A model generated the notes under the pieces. It was not told where the DNA came from. It worked only from the letters and a program-made list of their open reading frames with translations, and ran no database searches. A stretch of 63,992 nucleotides of DNA, filler included, from Craspedostauros australis (lineage: Eukaryota), in assembly GCA_030167865.1 (NCBI GenBank). It is 11 parts of 11 records of this genome, joined end to end, with 100 filler letters (N's around TTAATTAATTAA, not from the genome) between each part and the next. Parts side by side here need not be neighbours in the genome. Positions count along the whole stretch, not along the records: positions 1 to 2,001 come from JALAGF010006004.1; positions 2,102 to 24,556 come from JALAGF010006005.1; 9 more parts are not named here. One strand, written 5' to 3'. A program made the translations under genes and the position numbers. Shown here piece by piece: positions 1 to 12,714 of the stretch. Within the stretch, counting starts at the first letter, position 1. Each line of letters opens with the position of its first letter.

Positions 1-2001
1 CGGGATGTACCAGATAGTGGTGATACCACTCGGTTATTCGTGCACGTAAGCCTTTTGGTACAAATATCTTGTCCTTGTAATGTACGAGGGGGAGTCCTTC
101 GACATTCTTTGTCGTGTAGTCTGTGTTGCTATTAGTTTTCATGTGTTGTTGCAATATCTTATCTTTTTGTTGGTACTTCTGGACTGTTGTTGGTTTCATT
201 GGGAATTCCGCACTCTCAGTCTCTGTTGTGGACATGTATGATAGTGGGGTTCTTTCTTCCTCGGTAGTGCTGGACACATCGTCGTCACGATGTTCCATTG
301 GGAGGCGCGAGAGGGCATCTGCCACCACATTGTTCTCTCCCTTCACATGGACCACAGTGGGTCCGTATTCTTCCAGTAGTATTCACCATCGCTGGAGTCG
401 GTTAGACGATAGCGGCTTGTACAGCAGATTGAGATGATCTGTGTGTATTGTTACTTGCTGACCACGGAGAATGTTGTTGAATGCTTTCAGTGTTTCGACT
501 ATACTTAGCAGTTCTTTCTCTCCTGTGGTGTATCTAGTTTGGGCGGCATTTAGCTTGCGAGTATAGAATGCCAAGGGTTTCCCTTCTTGAGCAATCACTC
601 CACCAAGTTGGTAGTCACTCGCATCCGCATGCACATGGAACTCCTTGGAGAAGTCCGGGTATGCTAGAGCTGCTTCTCGCATTACCATTTGTTTGGCTTC
701 GCAGAATGCTACTTGTTGCGCTTTGCCCCAGTGCCATTTCGTATTCTTGGCTGCGAGGGTCGTGAGTGGTGCTAAGGTATGGCTCCTACGCTTCCACATA
801 TCGCGGTAGTAGTTAATCATGCCTAAGAAACGTCTTAGTTGTCGTTTATTCGACGGCGGCAGCACTCGCTGTATCGCTTCCACTTTCTTGGGCTGTGGCT
901 CTAGACCGCGTTGGGTCAGGTGATACCCGAGGTAGTCTAGTTCTTTCATCATGAAGAACGACTTGCGCANNNNNNNNNNNNNNNNNNNNNNNNNNNNNNN
1001 NNNNNNNNNNNNNNNNNNNNNNNNNNNNNNNNNNNNNNNNNNNNNNNNNNNNNNNNNNNNNNNNNNNNNNNNNNNNNNNNNNNNNNNNNNNNNNNNNNNN
1101 NNNNNNNNNNNNNNNNNNNNNNNNNNNNNNNNNNNNNNNNNNNNNNNNNNNNNNNNNNNNNNNNNNNNNNNNNNNNNNNNNNNNNNNNNNNNNNNNNNNN
1201 NNNNNNNNNNGTGGTACACAGATTTTGGCTGGGGACGTCCAGCGGAATGTGGTAGTAACCCATGGACAAATCAAATGCTGTCGCGTATTTGAACTGTTCC
1301 AATTTCTGGAGCATGTCCTGTATTTTTGGTAATGGGTACGGCCTTCGTTTAAGGTGTTTGTTGAGCTCGCGAAAGTCCGTGAGTACTCGCACATCACCGG
1401 TCTTCTTTGGTTGGATGAAACTGNGCGCTGCCCAGTCACTGTTGGAGAACTTCTCCCACACACCAATGCTCTCAAAGCGTTTGCTCTCTTTCTTTGTCAC
1501 TTGTTCATATGCCTTTGGAACAGGGAATGCCTTGCCATGGAATGGCTTGGCCCCTGCCTTGAGCTCTAGACGAACAGGTTTGATCTTCAACGTACCAAGT
1601 CCTCCTTTGAAGGTCTGTGGTGTCCGTTGCAAGGTAGCCAGCAATTGTTGTTGCTGTGACCGGTTGAGGTGGTTCAGTTGGGACACATAGGTGTCTAGTG
1701 CGATCTCACTATAGTCTGCATCCATGATACGCTTCTGTCTATCTTCTGCTTGATTGAGTAGTGTAGACTGCATTGCGACATGGTATGCGACATCCAACGC
1801 TTCCTTGTTGGTCAGCACCCCTCTGTTCTTCATTGGAATGGTGACGTTGTCCCATGTCATGGAGTTCATGGAGAACGACAAGTCGATTCCAAGCTCATGC
1901 ATGAGATCGGTCCCAACGATCATGTCGTACTGGGACTGTTGGGCTTGTGTCGTTTCATCGACGTGCATTGTCCACCGTATGGACTTGCGCCCGTGGAACT
2001 C
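1..2001 (-). mobile_element. Ty3/gypsy LTR retrotransposon pol fragment (protease end, RT, RNase H, start of integrase), inactivated
   Basis: Order is PR end (MIVGTDLMHELGIDL), RT (VRVLTDFRELNK, FDLSMGYYHI), RNase H (VHADASDYQLGGVI, YTTGEKELLSIV, HTDHLNL), then NVVADALSRL and WYHHYLVHP. In-frame TGA at 383-385 in RW*ILLEEY. Confidence 0.93.
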
Positions 2002-2101
2002 NNNNNNNNNNNNNNNNNNNNNNNNNNNNNNNNNNNNNNNNNNNNTTAATTAATTAANNNNNNNNNNNNNNNNNNNNNNNNNNNNNNNNNNNNNNNNNNN
2101 N
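2002..2101. other. Artificial scaffold spacer N44-TTAATTAATTAA-N44 (first of ten)
   Basis: Identical 100-nt spacers with stops in all six frames at 2002, 24557, 30160, 35449, 41179, 43636, 51599, 54712, 59470 and 62698. Confidence 0.97.
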
Positions 2102-3152
2102 AACGAACAAAGCACGGCACAACACGCTTCAAGCGTGAATAAAGTACAAATCGACACATGTGGTGTCTTTACCGCGCTTCCCGTGAGGATGTACTCCACT
2201 TTGGCACAAGCACGTTTCTTTACGACCAGGAGGCTTACTCCGATGATGGGACAATGCTCGTGATTGCAAAAGCGTGATATGTTTTGTGGCATGTATGTAT
2301 GTACGTATGTACGAGTACGGCAGAGATCTCGGTGCTTGATCTCCAAACTACCAATGCGCTTTGCATAGAGTCAAGTATCTCAGCGAACAACACATCCCTG
2401 CAAAGAGGCAGAAAAAAGAACTGGCGGTGTGTGTGTATTTATCCGAGCACAGTGTATGCTGGTACTCTTTGTTCGGTTTGGTCTTGGATTTGGTGACATC
2501 CATTACCTCCACACCGAAAAGGTTGGTGCTGTCTCTCCACGAGGGCTTGCGCCTGGGAATCGTCGCCTTGCGGAAGTCTCTGACAATAACGCACACACGT
2601 TGACGAACCACTCTTCACGGTTCACGCCGTGTAGCACCATCGCGGAGCCAGCGGTTTCGTTTCAGACTCACCTGTATTGTGTCCTTCCTTGTAGTCATAA
2701 ATGCCATTTCTGTTCCATCGAAATCGAAATCCAGCGGAATACTCTAATAGGCCAATTGGAATCAGATTTAAGCCTTTTGTGTGAGACGGAAGCAATACGG
2801 ACGGACTTTTGGATAAATTGTGTGCTACCACCAAGAACCAAGATGAAACTCGGGCGTACTCTTGTTCGCGCTCCGCTCCGCTCCGATGCTCTCTCTCTCT
2901 CTCTGGAGTCTTGTTCTTGCCCACAAAGCCCTGATCTAGACGTCTCTGAAAATTCCGTGTGGATTTATCACCGGCATTGGCGTCCCGTGCTTTCACTCAA
3001 CTCGGGCCAAGATTGTGGAGTTCTGCGCGTTTGTTAGTGTGGTTGTCTGGAGTATCATTCTCTATCTAGACGGCTATGACAGGTAGGACGTTTTGCTTCG
3101 GAAGTCGACTCACCTGATCGATGTGAATCAGCTGACCAGAAACTCGGTTTGT

Positions 3153-4461
3153 AAACCGATTCAGGGTTCGCAAGTACGATCATGCGGATTATTACGAAAA
3201 GAACTTTGACCATACTATTGATTCTTAGAGTACATGTGTGAAGTTACAAGATCCTGATCCATGTCGTTAATGAGTGCATGTTTTCGCATTCGTCTAGGAC
3301 TACACACGCCGAGCATGCGGATGCAGAGAGGCAACTGAAGATACGAATCTCCAGTCTTGCTTCAACTTGTGTCCAGTCGTGTCCATCATTGACACACTCA
3401 CATTTCGTGTGGGTGGGGCGGTTGGCTGCAAAACAATGTCAAGGATCGTGCAGTGGTGGAAGACATGATGAGGATGCTGCCTCGTCTAGGCCTTGGATCA
3501 GTGGAAGGCATGTGGAGAGCTGTGAATGCATTGGTTGGCAGGCTGCATGCTCCATGCTACCCATGGGTGGTACACCCCAATATAGCCTTTACCCTCACCT
3601 TAACTTGACCTGCACTCTGTGTTGTTCTCAGTTCTGCTGCTGTTCATGGCTGGACAGGTTGAGCTTTGTCCACTTCCCAATCAGCACACACTACCTCCCA
3701 CTCTATTCTGCAGTCTCATCCTAGTTTCAGGTCTATTCCCTGCCTGTGTATTTGGGTCTCCTCTCTGCTTGTCATCAACAACAGCCATTGTTGGCTTCTG
3801 GCTGTTGTTCATCTGCTCTCCTGTTGGTTTCTTGTTTTGGTGTCAATGAACCTGCAAGCACTTGAAGCACAACAGGAGAAACAACAAGGAAAACAACACC
3901 GCTGCCACCAGTCTCTTTCCGCACCATGCCAACAGCTCAACAGAAGACCTCGGCATCCCATGTCCAAGGGGAGCAAAGCAGGTTGCGCAGGACTTTGTAT
4001 GAACAAACTAAGTTCAGTGGTGAATAATATTATATTTTACATAACAAAGGATAAGTCACTGTGCTCCAATACATTACAAGTGTTGTGTGATATTCGCAAG
4101 TGTCGCTGTTGCCGTGGATGCGCAGGGATGCCACTACCAACACTGTGCTGTTTGACACAACACGCACAAAGGAGGAAACACCCAACCGAGCCAAATCACC
4201 AACAACGTGAGGAACCAACACGACACCGAACCTGCCGCAACTTCACCATCAACACTGTTGGGTACCATCTCAGTCTCACATCAACCGTCAATGACGTCAT
4301 CATTTTCGTCCGCGGGAGGACAAGCCAGCCATGCTTTTGTGTCGTAGAAGCTAGCTAAATCTATCAAACGCTAGTGAACAATACGAAAATCATGTTCTCA
4401 AAATATCACGTTTTACGCTGTGAAATCCGCAGGATACTACACGACTTCGCTGAATGGGGTC
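3153..4461. mobile_element. Degenerate TIR DNA element, copy 1 of 3
   Basis: Right end CTGAATGGGGTC (4450-4461) is the inverse of the GACCCCATTCAG terminus of the other two copies. Left end is degenerate (AAACCGATTCAG). The interior aligns with 33957-34485 and, inverted, with 46020-46897. Confidence 0.65.
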
Positions 4462-4959
4462 ATAGGGTCAAAAGAGGCATCGAGATGAACAGGAAGCGGA
4501 GACCGTTTGCCGACAATGAACACATCATCAGAGAGCTCTCACTCTCCTCTTTCCAATGATATGTAGATGTCAGTCAACGGCCATCAACTCATCGAATGGC
4601 AGCTTGTGCTGTCGGCGATAGGCCAATGGATACCAATAATTACCAAAAAGTGCCCAATAATCGGAAATTAGCCAATAGCCACTAGAATGAACACATTGAT
4701 CGGTCCATACAACCAAATTAACAGCTGAAAGATAACCCACATCGAAAAGACAAAGGGGATTTTGAATATGTGAATAGTTTGGAAATCCGTGAAAAGGCAG
4801 AATGCTCATTCCAAACAGTTGGTCGACTCGCTAACTGGACTCATCGTTGTAGTTTAGATAGCATCACAGACTGCTATTCGTTTGAGAAGAGAGTATTGTT
4901 GAATGCAGCCTGGTCTAATTGATCGTTGCCTGCCGCTTTCCGCCAAGGTGATATTCTAT

Positions 4960-6720
4960 TCAGGCAACCAGATGCGTCCCCATCCTGTACGCAATCCATA
5001 ATACGTACCATGCCAGACCATACTGTCTGTCTCGCTTCGTGGTTGCGACCAACATGGCAGCGCTGGTGCCAGCACCGACGCAGTTAACCAGCAGAAGCAT
5101 GGAGCCGACGCCGGCCCACTGACTGCCAGGTTGGATGGTTGCATCGCCGTCACCAGACGCGTTCGCAACCGCGATGCCCAGCAGGACGGGACCGGCGATG
5201 GACGCCATGCTCGCCAACGTGTTGCCGAACCCGCTGATGGAACCCGAGTGCTTGTCGTTCATCTCGAGGTAGAATGGGCGGTACCCGATGGAATGACCGC
5301 CGCTCGCCAGGGCGCTGATCATGAAACCAGCCACGGTCTGCCATATGGCGGCACTAGCGCCGAACGCGAACTTCAGCGCCATGGCCTGGACGACGAAGCT
5401 GGTCACGGAGACCGTGGCCCGATAGATGCCCATGGCGCGCTTGGATTTGAGCTCCCTGCCGGACATGTGGACGCTGAGGAAGATTCTGGAGAAGAAACCG
5501 ATCGCCTCCTGCATGCCCAGCAAGATGCCCACCCAGCTCGGTGACACGCCATGATGCTGCACCAGCATGGTGGCTGACCATGAACTGAGGGAGTACTTGG
5601 TGAAGTTATCGCATCCGTGGCACAGGTACGTGCCCAGCGCCATCGGGTGCATCAACGCTGAGAGCAATTCCCAGGAAGACGAAGATCCCGCCACATCAAC
5701 TGGGTTGGGTGATTGTCGATTGTGACGTTTTTGTTGCTGCAGCTGTTGATGTTGTTGATGACTTGGTTGAGACTGTTCTGGACGATGCGGAGACTGATGA
5801 TGACTCTCCATTCCCGTTGTCGAATCGAGCTTCTTTGCAGCAACGAGCGCCGCATCATCCAGGCGCTGCTTGCCGTTTGAATTCCAAAGCATGTAGGCGA
5901 TCATGAGCAGGCCCGCGGACGTGCACTGAAAGATCGGGCGCCATCCGCCAAAGTAGGTGGCCATCAACGGCGTCATCGCAGCCACGGTCGTTCCTGCAGC
6001 AGCAGCCGCATCCACGATGGCCGCGGCCGTCGCACGATCCTCACGCCGCACCTCGAGGGTGATGGCGGTCGATCCTGCCGGAAAGAGCGGCCCCGACACC
6101 AAGCCCAGCAGGAAGTAGATCTGAATCCACGTCGAGGCAGCTGTGGCGAATGCCATCGGCAGCGTGAGACAGAACACCAGCAGGGAGGACACGATTAGCG
6201 ACGCGGAGATCACGGATCGGTATCCGAATCGATCCGCGAAGTACCCACCGGCCACTTGCGTGAGGACGTAACCCGAGGAGAAGGCAGACAGCAAGGCCGG
6301 CGTGTCATGCTCAGAGAACTTGAGCGACGCCGTCAGCAGGGGCAGCAGTGGACCCAACGACAGCCTCGCGACGGCCGATGCGAAACGAGCGCATGACAGC
6401 ATAAACGTGGTCGACGGTTGTTGCCTCGTGTCCTCCATCATCGGCGCTTCACTTGCTTGCTTCCCCTCTACTTGTTCTCGATGCAATGGCAGTTGTTCCC
6501 GATGCTGCGTGTTCGTGCTTGTTCTGATGTCTTTGATCGTCCTCTGCTTTGTGTTCCCATCAATGCCACCCGCAGACACAGTGCTCACTCGTATCAATGG
6601 CAATGTCGACGACGATGGCAACGCAGAAGATGAGGAGGATGGGGCATCGCCTTGTGCAGCAGCCTCAGTATGCATGGCGATGCTGGTTGTTTCCGAGTAC
6701 CACGAAGTTGCCATGGTCAT
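4960..6720 (-). CDS. Major facilitator superfamily transporter (anion:cation symporter / SLC17-like)
   Basis: Multiple TM helices, LSAFSSGYVLTQVAGGYFADRFG (MFS motif A region) and KHSGSISGFGNTLASMASIAGP. First ATG at 6720; true start uncertain. Confidence 0.85.
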   Translation of the reverse strand: MTMATSWYSETTSIAMHTEAAAQGDAPSSSSSALPSSSTLPLIRVSTVSAGGIDGNTKQRTIKDIRTSTNTQHREQLPLHREQVEGKQASEAPMMEDTRQQPSTTFMLSCARFASAVARLSLGPLLPLLTASLKFSEHDTPALLSAFSSGYVLTQVAGGYFADRFGYRSVISASLIVSSLLVFCLTLPMAFATAASTWIQIYFLLGLVSGPLFPAGSTAITLEVRREDRATAAAIVDAAAAAGTTVAAMTPLMATYFGGWRPIFQCTSAGLLMIAYMLWNSNGKQRLDDAALVAAKKLDSTTGMESHHQSPHRPEQSQPSHQQHQQLQQQKRHNRQSPNPVDVAGSSSSWELLSALMHPMALGTYLCHGCDNFTKYSLSSWSATMLVQHHGVSPSWVGILLGMQEAIGFFSRIFLSVHMSGRELKSKRAMGIYRATVSVTSFVVQAMALKFAFGASAAIWQTVAGFMISALASGGHSIGYRPFYLEMNDKHSGSISGFGNTLASMASIAGPVLLGIAVANASGDGDATIQPGSQWAGVGSMLLLVNCVGAGTSAAMLVATTKRDRQYGLAWYVLWIAYRMGTHLVA

Positions 6721-7749
6721 TTCCAAACACTTCAAACCTCCAACATGCACACAAATAGCTCGTGCTGGTGCGTGCGCAGAGGCATTGCTGGTGTCGATGT
6801 CCTTGTTGTTCGTGAGGAATCGTTGCTGCTTGCGCAAGATTCCGTTTTCCCCTCTTGACTTTCGAGAAAGGAATCTTTTCGTGAAGTCGACCTGAGATCT
6901 TCTTTGATGTTCGTCGAAGCCTATGGTTGAGTCGACTGAATCAAGACACTGATTGATCTATTGAGTCGAAAATAGTCGTTGGAAGCGCTATTTTTCGACT
7001 CCGGGCCGTTGAGGTGCGAGATATCATGTCGCATCGGTTGTCACACACACGTTTACTGCGCAGCTCGTCGGTTGGTCACAATTTGGTTCGACGATTTTCA
7101 CATGGCGAATGGGGTCGCCCACACCAACGCCAATTTTTGCTTTTTTTTAATTGCGTGCCGTTGACAACCCCATCGCGAAGTGGGTGTGGCGCTATTCGAT
7201 TTGATGAGTTTAGTGAAGGGGTGAGCTGGATTCCGTCCAATTCAATCCAAGCTACACCATCTCGCCTCAGCGGAGCTTGGTTGCGCCGGATTGAACGTCG
7301 TGGACACAGTCAAAGAAGAAGAGCGGAGAGAAGGGAGACAACGTTTCCGTGATCACGATCAATACAAGACCATACCCGTACGACGCCACCACACACCAGA
7401 CTTGTACTCGCAGTTGCAATCGTTCGATCACTGTGTTCACTCAATCACTAAACGAGGGTTGCCTTCGTTCCAAGGAAATACTCATTCCTGTGCTCGAACT
7501 CAGGCCTCCATACCAACACCAACAACACTGCCAACACACAACTACATATCTATACCAGAAACAACGCGCATCCTTCACATACACAAGCATCCGCACTTAC
7601 AATCCACATCCACAAGTACCAGCATCAGCAACACTAACAATATCAAGTCCATTGAACTGCATCATATTGCATCACATCGCATCTGATCCATCATCATAAC
7701 GCAACACATCACGAGAAGACGAGACACAGAGAGAGTCGTGAAGCAGAGC

Positions 7750-10089
7750 ATGAAGCTGCAATTCCAATCGAGTCTGCTGACTCTGCTGCTGTCCAACACA
7801 GCGTTGGCCGCGGCGTCACAACGAAGGAGTGAAGATGATGAGTACGACGACAGCTACGCATCCGCTTATTCCCAGCAAAAGGAGCAGCACATGGCCACCA
7901 TGCAGGTAGGCGCCAGCGGCAACACCATGATCATGCCCAATGTTGGCGCTGCGACTGCTCCCTTGGTCAAAGAACGAGACATCATCAATACGTCAATACT
8001 TCATAGGAGTGATCCTGGGCTGGTACGCACACGCATCGATTCACTGGATGGCGACCACAACGACGCCGAAGATGAGACTACAGGCAGTGCGGATGGCAGC
8101 AGGAGCCGCGAGAGGGACAGCGTTGACGCACCGCTCGTCGATATTGGCATATTGCAACCTCGAAGAACGACGAAGAACCTCGGCAGGTTGAGAGGTAGTA
8201 CGCAGTTTGAGACTGCCACCGTATCACGACGACAGACGAAAAAGAAAACTACGGCCACCCGGCGGCAACAACCTGCGTGTGCTCCCACAAGCGGAAATCG
8301 CAAGCTGACCAAGGCCGGCACCACACGCAGCGGTTCACCAAAAGGTGCTGGTGGCACAAAGAAGAAGGCGAACTCGCCATCGGGCAGCGAAAGCGACAGT
8401 GACGATGAGGAAGATGAGACCGTACGAGAGCAAGCGCCGTTTGCCACGAAGAAAAAGAAGACCACAGCAACAAAGAAGCGCACTCGTAGCACGAAGTCGC
8501 CCAAATCCACGAAGTCTCCTAGGTCTACGAAGTCGCCTCGATCAACCAAATCTCCAAAGACAACAACATCCTCCGGATCCACAAAGTCTCCAAAGAATAT
8601 GAAGGGCTCAAGTTCATCTTCTTCCGCGAAGACCATGAAGGGATCGAAGTCGAGCAAGAAAATGAAAGAAGCTCCAGTGGACTGCCCGACAGATGAGAGC
8701 GATGATATGGGTGTCAATGCAACCGCCAGCGAAGCTCCATCGATGAGCTCGGCACCATCGCTAAGTGCTGTGCCAACGTTGATACTCGTTGAGGTAAATG
8801 GAACTGACACGAACAGCACTGTGAACGCAACCTCCGGCCTCCAGCCAGTGGAAGATTGGAATGATAACATCTTCGACCATGATCGGCCGGACAGTGAAAG
8901 CGGCGATGTGAGGATTACTACGACCACTGCCACGACAACGCAGCCTCCTCCGACGACGACGACTGCGACCACCACCACCACGACGACAACGACGCAGCCT
9001 CCCCCTCCAACTACTACTTCCACCACGACGACGACCACAACCACCGCAGCAACAACTATTGCTTCGACCCCTGATCAAGTTGACCCTGTACCTGATACGG
9101 CAATGCCAACGATGCAAACAAAACAGCCCACCATGTGGCCCACAAGGCGCCCCACGGCTTCGCCGACATCCAGACCGACGCACATGCCCACATCAAGGCC
9201 GACGAGAAGCCCAACCATATCACCTACAGCAAGGCCGACGGGGCAACCGGTGCCGTATCCCACACCCAGGCCGACACTAAATCCAACGATGAGTCCAACG
9301 AGCCATCCAACTGCAAGGCCCACGGACCATCCCACGTCTCACCCGACGATGACTCCAACGAGTCACCCCACAGCCAGTCCGACTCACATACCAACAAGCG
9401 CCCCAACCTGGAATCCAACGCCGAGACCCACGGCCATCCCGACCTTCGTGACAACGTTGGAACCCACGACGGGCTTGATTCCCTCCGATCAAGGCAGCGG
9501 CGGCGGCGACTGCATCACAGGCGACTACTACGTCGTGAACGACTGGTGCAAAACGCACGACTGCTGCACCGGCAAGCTGGCATGCTACTTCGAAGGCAGC
9601 ATCAGCGTCTGCGACAACACATGCAACGGTGATTACTCATGCTACTACGTCGAACCGGGCGTCGATATCGCAGTGAACTCCTGCAACGGCAACTTCGCCT
9701 GCGACCGCATGGCCACTGGCAATGTCATCCGTGCCGACTCTTGCAACGGGTACATGTCGTGTTCCAAACTAGCGAAGCCCATCACGATCGGTCCCGACTC
9801 GTGCAACGCTCGATGGGCCTGCGGTAAGGCGTATGGTAACATCGGGACGAACTCGTGCAACGGGCAGATCACGGGTGGTTCGAATTGCTTCGAGGTTGAT
9901 TACGACGTTGGGGACAACTCGTGCAACTACGTCGACAACGACCTCGCGAAGTACTACTACGGTGTGTACAGCTGCATGTACAGCGACATTCCAATCGAGG
10001 ACAACGCCTGCAATGGTTGGGCTGTATGCATGGGAGAAGCACGCCCGGCTGCCACAACCGAGGCCAGCGCAACCGCGGCGGCTGTTTAG
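7750..10089 (+). CDS. Secreted mucin-like protein: signal peptide, Lys/Ser-rich region, poly-Thr and PT repeats, C-terminal Cys-repeat domain
   Basis: Signal MKLQFQSSLLTLLLSNTALA, STKSP[KR] x4, Thr tracts, PTxxPT repeats and about seven SCNG-type repeats. Confidence 0.88.
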   Translation: MKLQFQSSLLTLLLSNTALAAASQRRSEDDEYDDSYASAYSQQKEQHMATMQVGASGNTMIMPNVGAATAPLVKERDIINTSILHRSDPGLVRTRIDSLDGDHNDAEDETTGSADGSRSRERDSVDAPLVDIGILQPRRTTKNLGRLRGSTQFETATVSRRQTKKKTTATRRQQPACAPTSGNRKLTKAGTTRSGSPKGAGGTKKKANSPSGSESDSDDEEDETVREQAPFATKKKKTTATKKRTRSTKSPKSTKSPRSTKSPRSTKSPKTTTSSGSTKSPKNMKGSSSSSSAKTMKGSKSSKKMKEAPVDCPTDESDDMGVNATASEAPSMSSAPSLSAVPTLILVEVNGTDTNSTVNATSGLQPVEDWNDNIFDHDRPDSESGDVRITTTTATTTQPPPTTTTATTTTTTTTTQPPPPTTTSTTTTTTTTAATTIASTPDQVDPVPDTAMPTMQTKQPTMWPTRRPTASPTSRPTHMPTSRPTRSPTISPTARPTGQPVPYPTPRPTLNPTMSPTSHPTARPTDHPTSHPTMTPTSHPTASPTHIPTSAPTWNPTPRPTAIPTFVTTLEPTTGLIPSDQGSGGGDCITGDYYVVNDWCKTHDCCTGKLACYFEGSISVCDNTCNGDYSCYYVEPGVDIAVNSCNGNFACDRMATGNVIRADSCNGYMSCSKLAKPITIGPDSCNARWACGKAYGNIGTNSCNGQITGGSNCFEVDYDVGDNSCNYVDNDLAKYYYGVYSCMYSDIPIEDNACNGWAVCMGEARPAATTEASATAAAV

Positions 10090-11062
10090 ACGGTGGGGAC
10101 AGCGGATGGTGTGGCAACGCCACGGACGAAGATAGGGACGGGGATTGAAGTGCGAATATAATAATAGAATCAATGTATGGTAAGCTTGCGAGCTATGAGT
10201 ATTGGCACAACATGATACGTACGTGTGCGTGTACGGTATGGACAGGAGTGCTGAGAGCAACGACACACAGAAACAGACAGGCGCGGGTGTGGGTGTGGGT
10301 GTGAGTGATGTCACGTGATGTGATGTGTTGAAATTGTGGCGTCAGTTTGTCCCAAAATCGTGGAGCGACATAGCTACAAATATCGCACACTCATGGTTTG
10401 GTCCCGTATAGTACGTATTGTGCGCCCAATGTCCACTTGTTGTCCCAAGTCGAGACAACTCACACCAAGCCGCAAAAGGCAAAACAGGTCGCCAAAAATC
10501 GATCTATGAACAAAGTGAGCTATATCTCTCATCTTGGCACACACTCTCCGCCATTGCCCCACACTTTCCACTTGGTTCCAAGAAGTGCATGGGGCACTTG
10601 GCAATGGTATCACAGATACATGCCAGTGGAGCAGAGCCGAGACAGGAAGAGACAGGCAGAGCTGAGTGGAATCATTTAGCAGTACCCACTATCTAGCATC
10701 CAGTCTGAACAGGATCGGAGTATCTTCAACGAAGATCAAACACCAGCGCATTTGGTCAATTGCAAAAAGTACTCCTACTTCTACTCCAGTGCGTTCCTCG
10801 AACTTCAAGGATCAGCAACAACAAGCACCACTCCATGTCATCCTGCACCAGCCCATTCAAGTTGATCTGTGCTGTTTTGTGGTACCGGTGCAACCAATCA
10901 TGATAGTGGTGATCGGGGATGGGTGATGGGCGGATTGTACATGGAGATGTGCAGATTCCATTCCCTCTCCCTTCCATCTCACAAAATCAAATCGCATCCA
11001 ATTCATCAAACAACAAAACCAATATATACCCATACACACACAACCAACTACCCACTTCCAAC

Positions 11063-11637
11063 ATGACAGTCTTCCCAAACCAAACCATCCCAGCCCTCAC
11101 TATCCCAACCATCTCTGGTGGCACATTCAACCTACATGAGACCATCACAAAGAACGATGCCAAGGCCACATCCAACTCGGACACTGCCAACCACAACTAC
11201 ACCCTCTTTGTCTTCTACTGTGGCATTCACCACCCCATCTGCATCACTCAACTCAAGCAGATCGAGGCCTACTACTCTGATCTCCTCAAGGCCAACATGA
11301 CTATCGTTGCCATCTCCATGGACACAAAGGAGACAGCGATTGCCATGAAGGAAGAAATCATCAGCAAGAGCAGGGCAAAGCTGAAGCTTCCATCAGAATA
11401 TAGTCTTGCCATGGAGAAGGCCAAGGAATGGGGACTGTAGATGTTGGTTGGTTGTCCTGATACTGCCAAGCCCAGCACATTTTCAGAACCAAGTCTGTTT
11501 GTGGTGGATTGCAACAAGAATCAATTCTTGGGGTGACTCAGTTGGTGCTGTTCAGCCATCCAAACATTGAGGAGTTTGTTGGTGGTCTCTTGTGGGCCCG
11601 TTCCAACTACTACCCTGCCCGCGGTCAGATGCGCTAA
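11063..11637 (+). pseudogene. AhpC/TSA peroxiredoxin-like pseudogene
   Basis: VFYCGIHHPIC (family consensus FYRGxHCPxC), VAISMD, EWGL* (TAG at 11438), FSEPSLFVV, a frameshift near 11520, then YPARG and TAA at 11635-11637. Confidence 0.82.
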
Positions 11638-12714
11638 GCTGCAATGAATTGAAGGCACAGGTGGACCGCAAGCATTGCATGTGAGTATTCAGGACCTTAT
11701 TCCACACCAAATGGATTGAATAGGAAGTAGATGTGCACAAGGCAGTGAACGAAGTGCTCCTGCAAGTTCATGTGCATTCATGAAGGATGAAATGAACGAT
11801 TGGATGAACGGACCACCTGACGAGGCAGCGTACGAATGACGCAATGAAGTACCGAAGCAACAAATGAAACAACGAGTAAGGTAACACATGAAGTAACCAA
11901 TGAAGTGTAATGAAAGATGTAGTGAGAATCACACGGAGATTGGATGACCATACTCTCATGGCTGCGGAAAGCAGGACGATAGCCGCGAGGAGAGAGAGAA
12001 AAGATGCGAATTCGACTAGATGGACTACAACATGCAATTAAGTCGACTAACTGAAAATAATGAGTAATCACCGCAACTCCGTTATCTTGTTCTCCCACGA
12101 TCACTTTCCTTCGTTTGGGAATCCCAAACTTGAAGAGCACCGCAAGGTCCAATGATGTCGGCGTGACATGATCGTCAGAGATGATACAGCTCTATGAGGA
12201 AACATGAGAAAGTGCGAAACTCACGAAACAAGATCAAAGGAAATGAAATGACAGAACAGAGAGGGATGCGAGTGTGGGGAAGCAGAGGAGCATCCTCTCT
12301 GATGTGAAGTGAAATGTCTCTCTGTCAACTAACTCTCTCTACCAACTCTCTGTGAGCATCAACGCGCAAACTCGTAGATGTCGATCGTCCTCGTGGCTGA
12401 CCTTGACCATGCATTTCAAGACGTCGCAGAATGGATTCCACGATGAGTGGAGACACACCTGAACTCAACTGAACTCAAGCCAACCAGCCAGCCAGGTACG
12501 GCATGGCGCACAGCACCAACAGTATGCGCTCCACAACTCCAACCTGCGGGGTCCCTTGGCTTTTGGCATCGTTTGAAGGTGGGACGGGAGGAAGGAGCAC
12601 CATCATCATCGCTCTCCTCACAAAATCAACAAGCTCCAATTCGAATTGAAAACGACAGCACCAGCAAACTCCACCACTGCACCATTCAACGACAAATAAT
12701 CCATCACTGCAATC

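Noticed and set aside
2046..2057. Recurring TTAATTAATTAA as a biological repeat
   Set aside because: It is always centred in exactly 88 Ns, so it is an assembly linker. Adjacency across these spacers is meaningless.
2102..3150. Short ORFs upstream of the TIR element
   Set aside because: No motifs or coding signal; treated as non-coding or unrecognised repeat.
7107..7116. GAATGGGGTC as a fourth TIR copy
   Set aside because: Only 10 nt match, with no adjacent similarity to the element.
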